From the NCBI GenBank assembly GCA_945952095.1, contig CAMFHL010000004.1:12769-76768 (forward strand): a stretch of 64,000 bases of DNA, read 5' to 3'. Position numbers and translations under genes: made by a program. Shown here in pieces: positions 8,692 through 17,799 of the stretch. The stretch comes from an uncultured Arsenicibacter sp. Its GTDB lineage: Bacteria > Bacteroidota > Bacteroidia > Cytophagales > Spirosomataceae. Below the pieces are notes generated by a model. It made no database searches, was not told the origin of the DNA, and saw nothing but the letters and a program-made list of their open reading frames with translations. Position 1 is the first letter of the stretch. Each line of letters starts with the position of its first letter.

Positions 8692-9600
8692 TTAGTTAAA
8701 CGACTGCCTGAATTCGAGCGGGCTCTGTTTTGTCTTCGCCTTAAACAGCTTATTGAATGACTGGGAATGCTCAAAACCAAGCGCGTAGGCGATTTCGCTG
8801 ACGGACAGTTCGGTGGTCGAGAGCTTTTCCTTGGCTTTCTCGATCAGCTTTTCGTGGATCAGCTGCTGGGTGGTGAGGCCGGTGAGCTGCTTCAGCAGGT
8901 TACTCAGGTATTTGGTCGACATGTGGAGCGCGTCGGCTATATACTGTACAGTGGGCAGACCTTCGGATAGCCGCTCTTCGTCGTTGATGTAGGTTGTCAG
9001 AATGTCCTCTACACGGTCAAGCGTTTTGCTGCTGGTGATCTTCCGGGTGATAAACTGACGCTCATAAAACCGCTGGGCATAGGTAAACAGAACGTCGAGC
9101 TGGGCAATGATCACATCCTGACTGAATTTGTCGATGTTGGCGTGATATTCTTCCCGAATGTTGTTTACAATGTTGTTAATGAGCGTTTCTTCCCTGTCGG
9201 AGAGAAACAACGCTTCATGGGCCGAATAACCGAAATATTCGTACTGTTTGATTTTTTTGGCAAGTGCCGTATTCCACAGAAAATCAGGGTGGATAAACAG
9301 CATCCAGCCGTCCAGATTGTGCGGTACACCGTTGTCTTCGCCGCGCAAAACCTGCCCCGGAGCCATAAACGCCATGAGCCCTTCATCGAAATCATATTTC
9401 TGCTGACCGTACAGCAGCTTGTCGCACCCCCGTTTCAGCGATACCACGTAGAAGTCTGAAACAACGGCGTTGATCCCCGTGTCGTTCCGAAGTCCTTTCA
9501 GGTCAATGATGCCGATGAGCGGATGATGTGGCTTTGGCAGGTTCATGAGCCGGTGGATCTCGGCGATGGATTTGATCCGGTATGGCTTTGTGTGGTCCAT
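8692..9600 (-). CDS. AraC-family transcriptional regulator
   Basis: C-terminal double HTH (YIADALHMSTKYLSNLLKQLTG ... SVSEIAYALGFEHSQSFNKLFK). N-terminal cupin-like sensor region. Confidence 0.9.
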   Translation of the reverse strand: MDHTKPYRIKSIAEIHRLMNLPKPHHPLIGIIDLKGLRNDTGINAVVSDFYVVSLKRGCDKLLYGQQKYDFDEGLMAFMAPGQVLRGEDNGVPHNLDGWMLFIHPDFLWNTALAKKIKQYEYFGYSAHEALFLSDREETLINNIVNNIREEYHANIDKFSQDVIIAQLDVLFTYAQRFYERQFITRKITSSKTLDRVEDILTTYINDEERLSEGLPTVQYIADALHMSTKYLSNLLKQLTGLTTQQLIHEKLIEKAKEKLSTTELSVSEIAYALGFEHSQSFNKLFKAKTKQSPLEFRQSFN

Positions 9601-9605
9601 GACAG

Positions 9606-9950
9606 TTAGTTTTTGAACGGGTATTTTAACCAGATTAAGAGCAGCGGCAAGGCCAGAAACGGAATTTCGATGAGGGCCATCCGAACGTTTCCGGCCCGCA
9701 GCGACAAGGCCATGATCAGCAGGATAACAACCGCATTGAGCAGGTTACCGATAAAAAATGTCTGCGGGAAAAGCAGCATCAGGCCGATCAGGATGGAAAG
9801 TACGCCCACAAAGGGTATCACGGATCTGGTGATTCCTAAGTCGGCCATCATTTTTGTCTGTTCGGCATTGGCCGGTTGAAACGCGTCCCAGCCGTGTTTG
9901 ATGCTCAGAAAGGCGGAAACTAAAAGAAGGATAATACTGACGATTTTCAT
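9606..9950 (-). CDS. Small integral membrane protein, DoxX-like (tentative)
   Basis: 114 aa with four hydrophobic helices. Sits between the SDR and AraC genes on the same strand. Confidence 0.5.
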   Translation of the reverse strand: MKIVSIILLLVSAFLSIKHGWDAFQPANAEQTKMMADLGITRSVIPFVGVLSILIGLMLLFPQTFFIGNLLNAVVILLIMALSLRAGNVRMALIEIPFLALPLLLIWLKYPFKN

Positions 9951-9978
9951 TGCTGGCGTTGTTTAAGAGACAAATTAA

Positions 9979-10755
9979 TCATTTCCCGTACATGAAGGAT
10001 GCGCCCATTTTGCCCGACTGCGCGATCAGCAGCTTAGGAGCAATCCGGCTCAGCATGCGCATGACACCGGCAAGGCCCGGATACACTTCATCCTTATCGT
10101 TTTGCAGCCCTTTGATGGCCGCGTCCACAATTTTGTCCGGCGCCATTAACATACCCGCATTGAAACCGTCTTCGTTGACAAATTTATCGTTCAGCGGGGT
10201 CGAAGAACCCGGCGCGACCAGCTCCATAACCTTAATATTCGTGTGCTTTAACTGGACCCGCAAGGCCTGCGTATAGGACCGGAGCCCTGCTTTGCTGGCA
10301 CTGTAAACCGGCGAAATCGGGAAGGGCATCAGCGCAATGCCTGACGTCACATTCATGATAGCGGCATCGGGTTTTGTCTTGAGGTGCGGCAGAAACTGCT
10401 GAATCATCCGGATAGGTCCATTCAGGTTGATGTCGATTTCGCGGGTAATGTCGGTCAGCTCGTGCTGATGGTGCAGGCTGATTTTCCGCATTTCGCCCGC
10501 ATTGTTAATGAGGATGTTGAGGGCCGGAAACGTCCGGACGACAGTCTCATACAACTGTGTTATATCGTCGGCGCTGCTCACGTCACTCTGAATGGTATGT
10601 ACCTGCGGCAACTGCCGTTTAACGTCCTGAAGTTTCTGCGCGTTTCGTCCGGTGATAATAACCGTGTTGCCCAATGCAATAAGTTTGGATGCGAATTCAA
10701 TGCCGAACCCTCCCGTTCCGCCTGTTACTAAAATTGTGTTGCCTGCTAGTTTCAT
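9979..10755 (-). CDS. Short-chain dehydrogenase/reductase (SDR) family oxidoreductase
   Basis: ORF 9979..10848 trimmed to Met32 (MKLAGNTILVTGGTGGFGIEF = TGxxxGxG). Catalytic YSASK (YxxxK). Confidence 0.9.
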   Translation of the reverse strand: MKLAGNTILVTGGTGGFGIEFASKLIALGNTVIITGRNAQKLQDVKRQLPQVHTIQSDVSSADDITQLYETVVRTFPALNILINNAGEMRKISLHHQHELTDITREIDINLNGPIRMIQQFLPHLKTKPDAAIMNVTSGIALMPFPISPVYSASKAGLRSYTQALRVQLKHTNIKVMELVAPGSSTPLNDKFVNEDGFNAGMLMAPDKIVDAAIKGLQNDKDEVYPGLAGVMRMLSRIAPKLLIAQSGKMGASFMYGK

Positions 10756-10890
10756 TGTTTCTGTTTTTTGTTGATGCAAAGTTCTGCACTGCGCAAAAAA
10801 CGACTGTAGCCAAAAGTCACAATGTTGTAGTTGAAAAAGCCGGAGCATATAGGTAAATCTGTGATCATCCGGGGTTTAGATAAATAACCT

Positions 10891-10923
10891 AACTCCCCGA
10901 GGGTTTTGAACCCTCGGGGAGTT
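10891..10923. repeat. REP-like hairpin AACTCCCCGAGGGTT-ttg-AACCCTCGGGGAGTT (copy 2)
   Basis: Arms identical to 8657..8689; only the 3-nt loop differs. Lies in the divergent gap between the SDR gene and the serine hydrolase gene. Confidence 0.85.
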
Positions 10924-10941
10924 TAAAAACAACCCTTACCA

Positions 10942-12561
10942 ATGATGGAAACCAATCGCAGAGAATTCCTGAAACAGATGGGCTGGGGGCTGGCCGGCCT
11001 GTATGCCGTTACCAGCCTGCCGCACGAGGCCCTCGCCGGACCCAACCGGACAGTTAGACTGCCGCGTGCCCTGCCGGAAACACAGGGCGTGTCGTCGGCT
11101 AAACTCCTGGATTTTATCAACGCCGTTGAGACCCGGAAACTAAACGTGCACAGTGTCATGGTTGTCCGGCACGGGCAGGTGGTGGCCGAAGGGTGGTGGG
11201 CGCCCTATAGCCCGACGCTCAAACACACGTTGTATTCCCTCAGTAAGAGCTTTACCTCAACGGCCGTCGGACTGGCGGTAGCAGAAGGTAAGCTGAGTGT
11301 TGAGGACAAGGTAGTGTCGTTTTTCCCGAACGACGTACCGGCCACGATCAGCGCGAATCTGGCCGCGATGCGGGTCAAAGACCTGCTCACGATGTCGACC
11401 GGGCACGACAAGGACACAACCGCCGCCGTGCGGGGAGGCAGCGACCCGAACTGGGTGAAAACCTTTCTGGCGCAGCCCGTTGACCACCAGCCGGGGACGC
11501 ATTTCGTCTACAACAGCGGGGCCACCTACATGCTGTCGGCCATCGTACAGAAACTGACCGGTCAGCCAATTCTGGCGTATCTGAAACCAAGGCTGTTCGA
11601 CCCGCTGGGCATCGAAGGCGCTGACTGGGAGGTTGACCCGAACGGCATCTGCGTGGGCGGCTGGGGACTGCGCGTAAAAACCGAAGACATTGCCAAATTC
11701 GGACAGATGTACCTGCAGAAAGGTATGTGGAACGGCAAGCGCATTCTGGCCGAAGCCTGGGTTGCTGATGCGACCCGCTTCCAGGTACAGTCGGCAGGCG
11801 GCGGGCGGCCGAAAGAACAGAATGACTGGCTACAGGGCTACGGCTACCAGTTCTGGCGTTGCCGCCACGACGCGTACCGGGGCGACGGTGCATTCGGACA
11901 ATACTGCATTGTATTGCCGAAGGAAGATGCCGTAGTGGCCATTACCAGCGAAACGGGCGATATGCAGGGCGTTATGGATGAAGTCTGGACGCACATTCTG
12001 GGCGGGTTCCGGCCGGAGAGCTTACCGGCCGATGCCGCAGCACATCAGCAGCTGACTCAAAAGCTGGCGGCCTTGTCCATGCCGTTGCCGGTGGTTTCGT
12101 CAACGTCGCCGATGTCGGCTCAAATCAGCGGTAAGACGTTTGCGATAGACGCGAATTCGATGGGCGTGAAAACCGTCGGGCTGAATTTCGGGAAGGAGGG
12201 TTGTCTGTTTACCATGCGCAACGACCAGGGCGAACACCGGATTCTGTGCGGGCTGGGCCGCCGCGTTCAGGGCGAAACCGGGCTGTCGATTATTCCGATT
12301 AAACTGGTGCCGACACCGGTGCCGGGCGAAACAAAAACCAAAGTCTCCGCCAGCGGTACCTGGACCGACCCGAATACGTTCGAAATGATCTGGCGCTTCA
12401 ACGAAACAGCGCACTATGACCGCGTAACCTGCCGTTTCGACGGGGATCAGGTGCAGGTAACGTTTACGAAAAGTGTAGTGGTCATCAATCCGGCTACGAA
12501 GGATGACCGGCCGGTTTTACACGGCAAACTAGCCACTTCTGTTCTGTCACAAGGTAAATAA
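10942..12561 (+). CDS. Serine hydrolase, beta-lactamase/DD-peptidase-like family, Tat-type signal
   Basis: NRREFLKQMG signal. SxxK (SLSKSF) and YxN (YNS) motifs. Confidence 0.8.
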   Translation: MMETNRREFLKQMGWGLAGLYAVTSLPHEALAGPNRTVRLPRALPETQGVSSAKLLDFINAVETRKLNVHSVMVVRHGQVVAEGWWAPYSPTLKHTLYSLSKSFTSTAVGLAVAEGKLSVEDKVVSFFPNDVPATISANLAAMRVKDLLTMSTGHDKDTTAAVRGGSDPNWVKTFLAQPVDHQPGTHFVYNSGATYMLSAIVQKLTGQPILAYLKPRLFDPLGIEGADWEVDPNGICVGGWGLRVKTEDIAKFGQMYLQKGMWNGKRILAEAWVADATRFQVQSAGGGRPKEQNDWLQGYGYQFWRCRHDAYRGDGAFGQYCIVLPKEDAVVAITSETGDMQGVMDEVWTHILGGFRPESLPADAAAHQQLTQKLAALSMPLPVVSSTSPMSAQISGKTFAIDANSMGVKTVGLNFGKEGCLFTMRNDQGEHRILCGLGRRVQGETGLSIIPIKLVPTPVPGETKTKVSASGTWTDPNTFEMIWRFNETAHYDRVTCRFDGDQVQVTFTKSVVVINPATKDDRPVLHGKLATSVLSQGK

Positions 12562-12573
12562 CGGCTTAATTCT

Positions 12574-14280
12574 ATGAAAATCAGCTATAAAATTGCGCTG
12601 ACAATAGCGCTGGCTACCGGTCCGGGCGTGTTGCGTCCGGCTCTGGCGCAAAAACTGCCATCCGGTCCGCAGGTGATGACGTTTCACTCATCGGTCGATG
12701 ACACCGAACAGCCGTATGGCCTGTATCTGCCCAAAAACTATAACCCCAAAAAGAAGTACCAGCTGGTAATGATGCTCCACGGGGCGGGGTCTAATCACCG
12801 CCTTGAACTAAAGCGGGTATTCGGCAAAAGCAACGTTGGTGACGAAACGGATGTAGAAGCATCCCGCTATTTTCAGGAGTGGGCCGATGTGGATTACATT
12901 GTGGCTTCGCCGTTTGCGCGGGGTACGATGGGCTATCAGGGCGTGGCCGAAACCGATGTCTATCAGGTGCTGGCCGATGTGAAAAAGCGGTTTTCGGTGG
13001 ATGAAGACCGGACCTATCTGACCGGTCTGTCAATGGGCGGGGGCGGTACGCTCTGGATTGGCCTGACGCGTCCTGATATCTGGGCGGCCATTGCGCCCGT
13101 ATGTCCCGCACCGCCGCAGGGTACCGATGCGCTCGCCGGAAATGCGCTGAATGTGCCGGCTCACTTTTTTCACGGGGATGCCGACCCGGCTGTGCCGGTT
13201 GCCGTTTCGCGTGGCTGGGTGAAAAGCCTGAAAGACCTGGGCAGTCAGGTGGAGTATGTGGAATATCCGGGCGTGAAACATAACAGCTGGGAAAATGCCT
13301 ACAAGGACGGATTTATCTTTAGCTGGTTTAAGCAGTTTAAGCGGAACCGGTTTCCGGACCGGGTACGGTTTACTACGTCGCGCTACAACTACAATCAGGC
13401 GTATTGGGTAAGGCTGGATGAGCTGGACCCCGGCACGATGGCAACTGTAGACGCGAAGTTTACGGGCAAAAACCGGCTGGATATCAGCACTACCGGCCTG
13501 ACGGCGCTGACGCTGAAGCTGGCGGGGCATCCGACGTTCAAAGCCGGAAAACCGCTGGATATTGCCATTGACGGCAAGAGCTTTTCGGCGCAGACCGCCG
13601 ATTCGGTTTCGTTGGTACAGCGCAACGGCAACTGGCAGCTTGACGCCTATCAGCCGGCCATCACGGCTAAAAAACGCGGTGCCGAGGGGCCGATCAGTGA
13701 GGCCTTTGCGACCCGCCATGTGTATGTCTACGGTACCGGTGGCAATCCCTCGCCGGCAGAATTGAAGGCACGCGCCGAGGTCGCCGCACAAGCCGCCAAC
13801 TGGCCGGTTGACCGGGGACCGTTTCTGGGCCGGATCATGGTTTTTCCGCGTGTTCTGGCCGATAAGGATGTCCGGCCAAGCGATCTGGCCGATGCCAACC
13901 TGGTTTTGTTTGGTACCAAAGAAACAAACAGCCTGATTGATAAATACAGCGGGCTGCTGCCGATGCAGCTGACCAATACCGGTGCTGACTATGGCTTGTT
14001 TTACGTCTTTCCGGCCGCCGGGCATTATGTTGTTGTCAGCTCCGGGCTACCGTGGTGGACGGACCCGTCATCGGCCCAGGGGCTTTCGTGGCTGCTGCCG
14101 AAGCCGTTGGCAAGTCCGCTGGTCGGGAAGGATTTCGTACTCTTCAAGGGGTCGGCCAAAAACATCATTGCCGACGGAAATTTTGATCAGAACTGGCAGC
14201 TGAAAGAGGCCGATGCGCAAAAGCTGAAGGGCTCAGAAGCGGTTCTGGTTCCGGGCGGGGCAATCAGTGCGAAGAAATAA
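12574..14280 (+). CDS. Secreted alpha/beta hydrolase (esterase/peptidase S9-like) with C-terminal domain of unknown function
   Basis: Signal peptide. Nucleophile elbow GLSMGG, then HGDADPAVP and KHNSW (Ser-Asp-His order). Confidence 0.7.
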   Translation: MKISYKIALTIALATGPGVLRPALAQKLPSGPQVMTFHSSVDDTEQPYGLYLPKNYNPKKKYQLVMMLHGAGSNHRLELKRVFGKSNVGDETDVEASRYFQEWADVDYIVASPFARGTMGYQGVAETDVYQVLADVKKRFSVDEDRTYLTGLSMGGGGTLWIGLTRPDIWAAIAPVCPAPPQGTDALAGNALNVPAHFFHGDADPAVPVAVSRGWVKSLKDLGSQVEYVEYPGVKHNSWENAYKDGFIFSWFKQFKRNRFPDRVRFTTSRYNYNQAYWVRLDELDPGTMATVDAKFTGKNRLDISTTGLTALTLKLAGHPTFKAGKPLDIAIDGKSFSAQTADSVSLVQRNGNWQLDAYQPAITAKKRGAEGPISEAFATRHVYVYGTGGNPSPAELKARAEVAAQAANWPVDRGPFLGRIMVFPRVLADKDVRPSDLADANLVLFGTKETNSLIDKYSGLLPMQLTNTGADYGLFYVFPAAGHYVVVSSGLPWWTDPSSAQGLSWLLPKPLASPLVGKDFVLFKGSAKNIIADGNFDQNWQLKEADAQKLKGSEAVLVPGGAISAKK

Positions 14281-14283
14281 CCT

Positions 14284-14322
14284 TGTGGTGGTGGCGTCTT
14301 CTGACGGGGCGTCACCACCACA
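14284..14322. terminator. GC-rich hairpin between convergent genes
   Basis: TGTGGTGGTGGCG / CGTCACCACCACA: 13-bp stem with one G-U pair and a 13-nt loop, 4 nt after the hydrolase stop. Confidence 0.6.
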
Positions 14323-14325
14323 GGA

Positions 14326-15249
14326 TCAGTATTTTTCAAACCAGTCAAACTTGTTCTGGATGATATTTTGCTTTTCCTGCCTCAGGTAATTGAGGTAGGC
14401 GCCGGCTACCGGTGACATCTTTTTGTCTTTGAGCCAGATCAGGTACCAGTTTGATTTAATCGGAAACCCCTTTACCGGAATGATTTGTAACTGACCGATT
14501 TGCAGTTCATTTTTTATCCCGATCAAGGGCATAATGGAATACCCCAGACCGGCAATAACGGCCTGCTTAACCGCTTCGTTGCTGGTGAGCTCCATTTTCT
14601 TCTGCACCGGGAGGCTATTGCTTTTGATAAACCGCTCCATGACATGCCGCGTGCCCGAACCCTGTTCCCGGTAAATAAGCGGAATGCGTTCGAAAATATC
14701 CCTGTCATATTCCGTGCTGTCGAACGCTACATCCTTGTTCCCGATCACAAAAAGCTTGTTCTGCATCAGCTCAACATGGTCTGTGCTTAACGTTTCCGGC
14801 AGTACGCTGACCAGCGAAAAGTCAACCTCGTTTTTTTCGAGGCTCTGTACCACCTGCGCCTTGTTGGTCACATCCATCAGCAGTTCTACGCCCTGGTGCT
14901 GTTTTATAAAATCAGCGATGAAATAGGGCGCAATATATTTGCCGGTCGATACAACAGACAGCTTTAGTTTGCCGGTAATCTGCCCTTTGTGGGCGTGCAT
15001 TTTAAAACTGATGGCATGCACCTCCGTCAGAATTTTCTCCGCCGCTCCGGCTATTTCCTTTCCGAAATCAGTGACGTAAATCCGCTTGTTAATCACTTCG
15101 ATTAACGGGATATCGAACTGATCCTGAAAGTTTTTAAGCTGAATGGAGACCGCAGGCTGCGTAAGGTGCAATTCATCAGCGGCCTTTGTAATGCTCAAGG
15201 TCTGCACCACTTTTGAAAAAACACGGAGCTGATTAAGCGTATAGTTCAT
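14326..15249 (-). CDS. LysR-family transcriptional regulator
   Basis: N-terminal HTH (LRVFSKVVQTLSITKAADELHLTQPAVSIQLKNFQ) plus LysR substrate-binding domain. Divergent from the isocitrate dehydrogenase gene. Confidence 0.9.
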   Translation of the reverse strand: MNYTLNQLRVFSKVVQTLSITKAADELHLTQPAVSIQLKNFQDQFDIPLIEVINKRIYVTDFGKEIAGAAEKILTEVHAISFKMHAHKGQITGKLKLSVVSTGKYIAPYFIADFIKQHQGVELLMDVTNKAQVVQSLEKNEVDFSLVSVLPETLSTDHVELMQNKLFVIGNKDVAFDSTEYDRDIFERIPLIYREQGSGTRHVMERFIKSNSLPVQKKMELTSNEAVKQAVIAGLGYSIMPLIGIKNELQIGQLQIIPVKGFPIKSNWYLIWLKDKKMSPVAGAYLNYLRQEKQNIIQNKFDWFEKY

Positions 15250-15329
15250 AAAAAGTATTTATGATGAGCATTGCAAAGTTATATTTTTACTTATAATCTA
15301 CCTTGCTGAGTTTTGCACCGTCAATCAAC

Positions 15330-16775
15330 ATGAAGAAAATGCAACGCATAACGGTAGCAAAAGGTGACGGTATCGGCCCTGAGATTATGGATGCCACGCT
15401 CTCAATCATTAAAGCAGCAGGTGCCCGGATTGAGATCGATGAAATTGAAATAGGCGAAAAGGTGTACTTAGCCGGCAACACGTCGGGCATCGCCAGGGAA
15501 TCGTGGGACGTTATCCGCCGGAATAAAGTGTTCCTGAAAGCACCGATTACAACCCCGCAGGGCGGCGGCTACAAAAGCCTGAACGTAACGACCCGTAAGT
15601 TCTTGGGGCTGTACGCCAACATCCGTCCGTGTATCAGCCTGCATCCGTTCGTCAAAACCAAACACCCGCAGATGGACATTGTGATTGTGCGGGAAAATGA
15701 AGAAGATCTGTACGCCGGCATTGAGCACCAGCAAACGGATGAAGTCGTACAGTGTCTTAAGCTCATCAGCCGTCCGGGCTGCGAGAAAATTGTCCGGTAC
15801 GCATTTGAATATGCCCGTCAGTATGGCCGGAAAAAAGTAACCTGCTTTACGAAGGATAACATCATGAAGCAGACCGACGGCTTGTTTCATCAGGTGTTTG
15901 ACGAAATCGCGGTGGAGTACCCTGATATTGAGCATGAACACTGGATTATCGACATCGGGGCGGCAAAAATGGCCGATACGCCCGAAGCCTTTGACGTGAT
16001 TGTCATGCCCAACCTCTACGGCGATGTCCTGAGCGATGTGGCGGCCCAGATTGCGGGGTCGGTGGGGCTGGCCGGGTCGGCTAACATCGGGGAGACCTGT
16101 GCCATGTTTGAGGCTATCCACGGATCGGCGCCCCGCCGTGCCGGTCAGAATATGGCCAATCCATCCGGTTTGCTGCAGGGAGCTATTCAGATGCTTACAC
16201 ACATCGGCCAGGCCGACGTTGCAGAGAAGGTGCAGAATGCGTGGCTGAAGACCATTGAAGACGGCATTCATACCTATGATATTTACAAGGAAGGAATCAG
16301 CACGCAAAAGGTCGGCACGAAAGAGTTTGCCGAAGCCGTGATTACGAATCTGGGGCAGCAACCGGCGCAGCTGAAGGCGGTTCACTACGCCAATGGCACA
16401 ACCCTGACCCTGCCGGCGTACGAACGGAAACCGGCTAAGCATAAGGAGTTACAGGGCGTTGACCTGTTTGTGCACTGGAACGGTAAAGACGTAAATGAGC
16501 TGGCATTGCTCGTTGAAAACCTGAATACGGCTGACATTCAGTTGAACATGATTACGAACCGCGGAATAAAAGTGTATCCGGATGGTTTCCCCGAAACGTT
16601 CTGCACTGACCACTGGCGCTGCCGCTTTAAACCTCTGGCTGGCAAACAGCTAACGAAACAGCATATCATCGGGCTGTTGCAGGCAGCCGAAGCCGTAAAC
16701 ATAGATGTAATCAAAACCGAAAACCTGTATGCCTTCGATGGCAAACCGGCTTTTTCACTTGGTCAAGGGCAATAA
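15330..16775 (+). CDS. icd: Isocitrate dehydrogenase (isocitrate/isopropylmalate dehydrogenase family, long form with C-terminal extension)
   Basis: ORF 15303.. trimmed to ATG 15330 (MKKMQRITVAKGDGIGPEI). Motifs SLNVTTRKFLGLYANIRPC, NLYGDVLSD, GSAPRRAG. Confidence 0.75.
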   Translation: MKKMQRITVAKGDGIGPEIMDATLSIIKAAGARIEIDEIEIGEKVYLAGNTSGIARESWDVIRRNKVFLKAPITTPQGGGYKSLNVTTRKFLGLYANIRPCISLHPFVKTKHPQMDIVIVRENEEDLYAGIEHQQTDEVVQCLKLISRPGCEKIVRYAFEYARQYGRKKVTCFTKDNIMKQTDGLFHQVFDEIAVEYPDIEHEHWIIDIGAAKMADTPEAFDVIVMPNLYGDVLSDVAAQIAGSVGLAGSANIGETCAMFEAIHGSAPRRAGQNMANPSGLLQGAIQMLTHIGQADVAEKVQNAWLKTIEDGIHTYDIYKEGISTQKVGTKEFAEAVITNLGQQPAQLKAVHYANGTTLTLPAYERKPAKHKELQGVDLFVHWNGKDVNELALLVENLNTADIQLNMITNRGIKVYPDGFPETFCTDHWRCRFKPLAGKQLTKQHIIGLLQAAEAVNIDVIKTENLYAFDGKPAFSLGQGQ

Positions 16776-16787
16776 CCACTGAAAACG

Positions 16788-17030
16788 ATGAACATAGAAC
16801 TGATCAAAGGCGATTTTACACCCTCAGAAGCGCTTGATATTCTGACCCGGCTGGTAGCGGTTAAAATAAAATTTCACGAGCGTAAAATTGAGAAGAGTGA
16901 CAGCGAAGAAGACATCAAAATGCGGGAACGGCGTATCCGGCAATTGCAGCAGTCAATGCATGATGCGCGGCAGGCAATTCTATCGGCCAAAACAAACTGC
17001 CGGCTGGCCTCCGATGTAGTAATCCGCTGA
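16788..17030 (+). CDS. Hypothetical protein (80 aa, charged helical)
   Basis: ORF track only. Follows icd after 12 nt. No family recognised. Confidence 0.45.
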   Translation: MNIELIKGDFTPSEALDILTRLVAVKIKFHERKIEKSDSEEDIKMRERRIRQLQQSMHDARQAILSAKTNCRLASDVVIR

Positions 17031-17032
17031 TA

Positions 17033-17212
17033 ATGAGAAGCCGTATTCTGCCGTTCTGCTATATCTTTCCGGCTTTAGTTTGTCTGCTACTGTCTTTTTG
17101 GATAAAAGACCGGTTGGTGTCCAGCCTGTTGACGGCCGCTTCACTGATCCTTATCCTGCTGGCTATGAAGTATCTGAGCGATGCAGGGTTTACCGATTCA
17201 GAAGGGCTATAA
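17033..17212 (+). CDS. Possible small two-helix membrane protein (59 aa)
   Basis: Hand translation from ATG 17033: MRSRILPFCYIFPALVCLLLSFWIKDRLVSSLLTAASLILILLAMKYLSDAGFTDSEGL*. It starts 2 nt after the previous stop and is below the ORF-track length cut-off. Confidence 0.3.
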   Translation: MRSRILPFCYIFPALVCLLLSFWIKDRLVSSLLTAASLILILLAMKYLSDAGFTDSEGL

Positions 17213-17286
17213 GAGGGTGGATTCCATCCTCTTATAGCTCTGCACCCGCCTGTGCTTAACAACCTTTCCCCTTCCCGTAAATCATC

Positions 17287-17793
17287 ATGCATGTATTGAC
17301 TGAAAATGGTCAGGACCGGAGCCACGCGGCTGGTACCGGTAAACTTACCCATTCACCACACAGCAGCCTGTTTTTAGTTTGTCCGTTTTGTCAGATAGAA
17401 AACTTCATTGGTAAACAGACCGGTGCCGTTTATTTTCTGACGGCTCCTGCGTCCGTTTTCCATATCTATGATGACGATTTTTTTGCGCCGGTTGACCGCT
17501 TCATTGAACGGGAGCATATCACGCATGTGTATATTGTCGCCGATACATCGTGTCTGTTCATAAACAATGTGCTGGCAAACGGCAGGAAATACGACATTGG
17601 TTGTGAGTTATTTATCCGGCAACTGGCAGACAGTCAGGATACGCCCCAAACCCTTACCGAAAAAGTACTGAAGCAGGAAATAGCGTTATTACGGCAGAAA
17701 AAAGTCTTTGCCGGACGCATCGCCGCCGGAAAACTGATGGTATACGGCTTGCTGACGGATAAGGCAGAGGCAACCGTAGCGGTAATCTATTAA
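17287..17793 (+). CDS. Hypothetical protein (168 aa)
   Basis: ORF track only. No family recognised. Confidence 0.4.
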   Translation: MHVLTENGQDRSHAAGTGKLTHSPHSSLFLVCPFCQIENFIGKQTGAVYFLTAPASVFHIYDDDFFAPVDRFIEREHITHVYIVADTSCLFINNVLANGRKYDIGCELFIRQLADSQDTPQTLTEKVLKQEIALLRQKKVFAGRIAAGKLMVYGLLTDKAEATVAVIY

Positions 17794-17799
17794 TACCTG

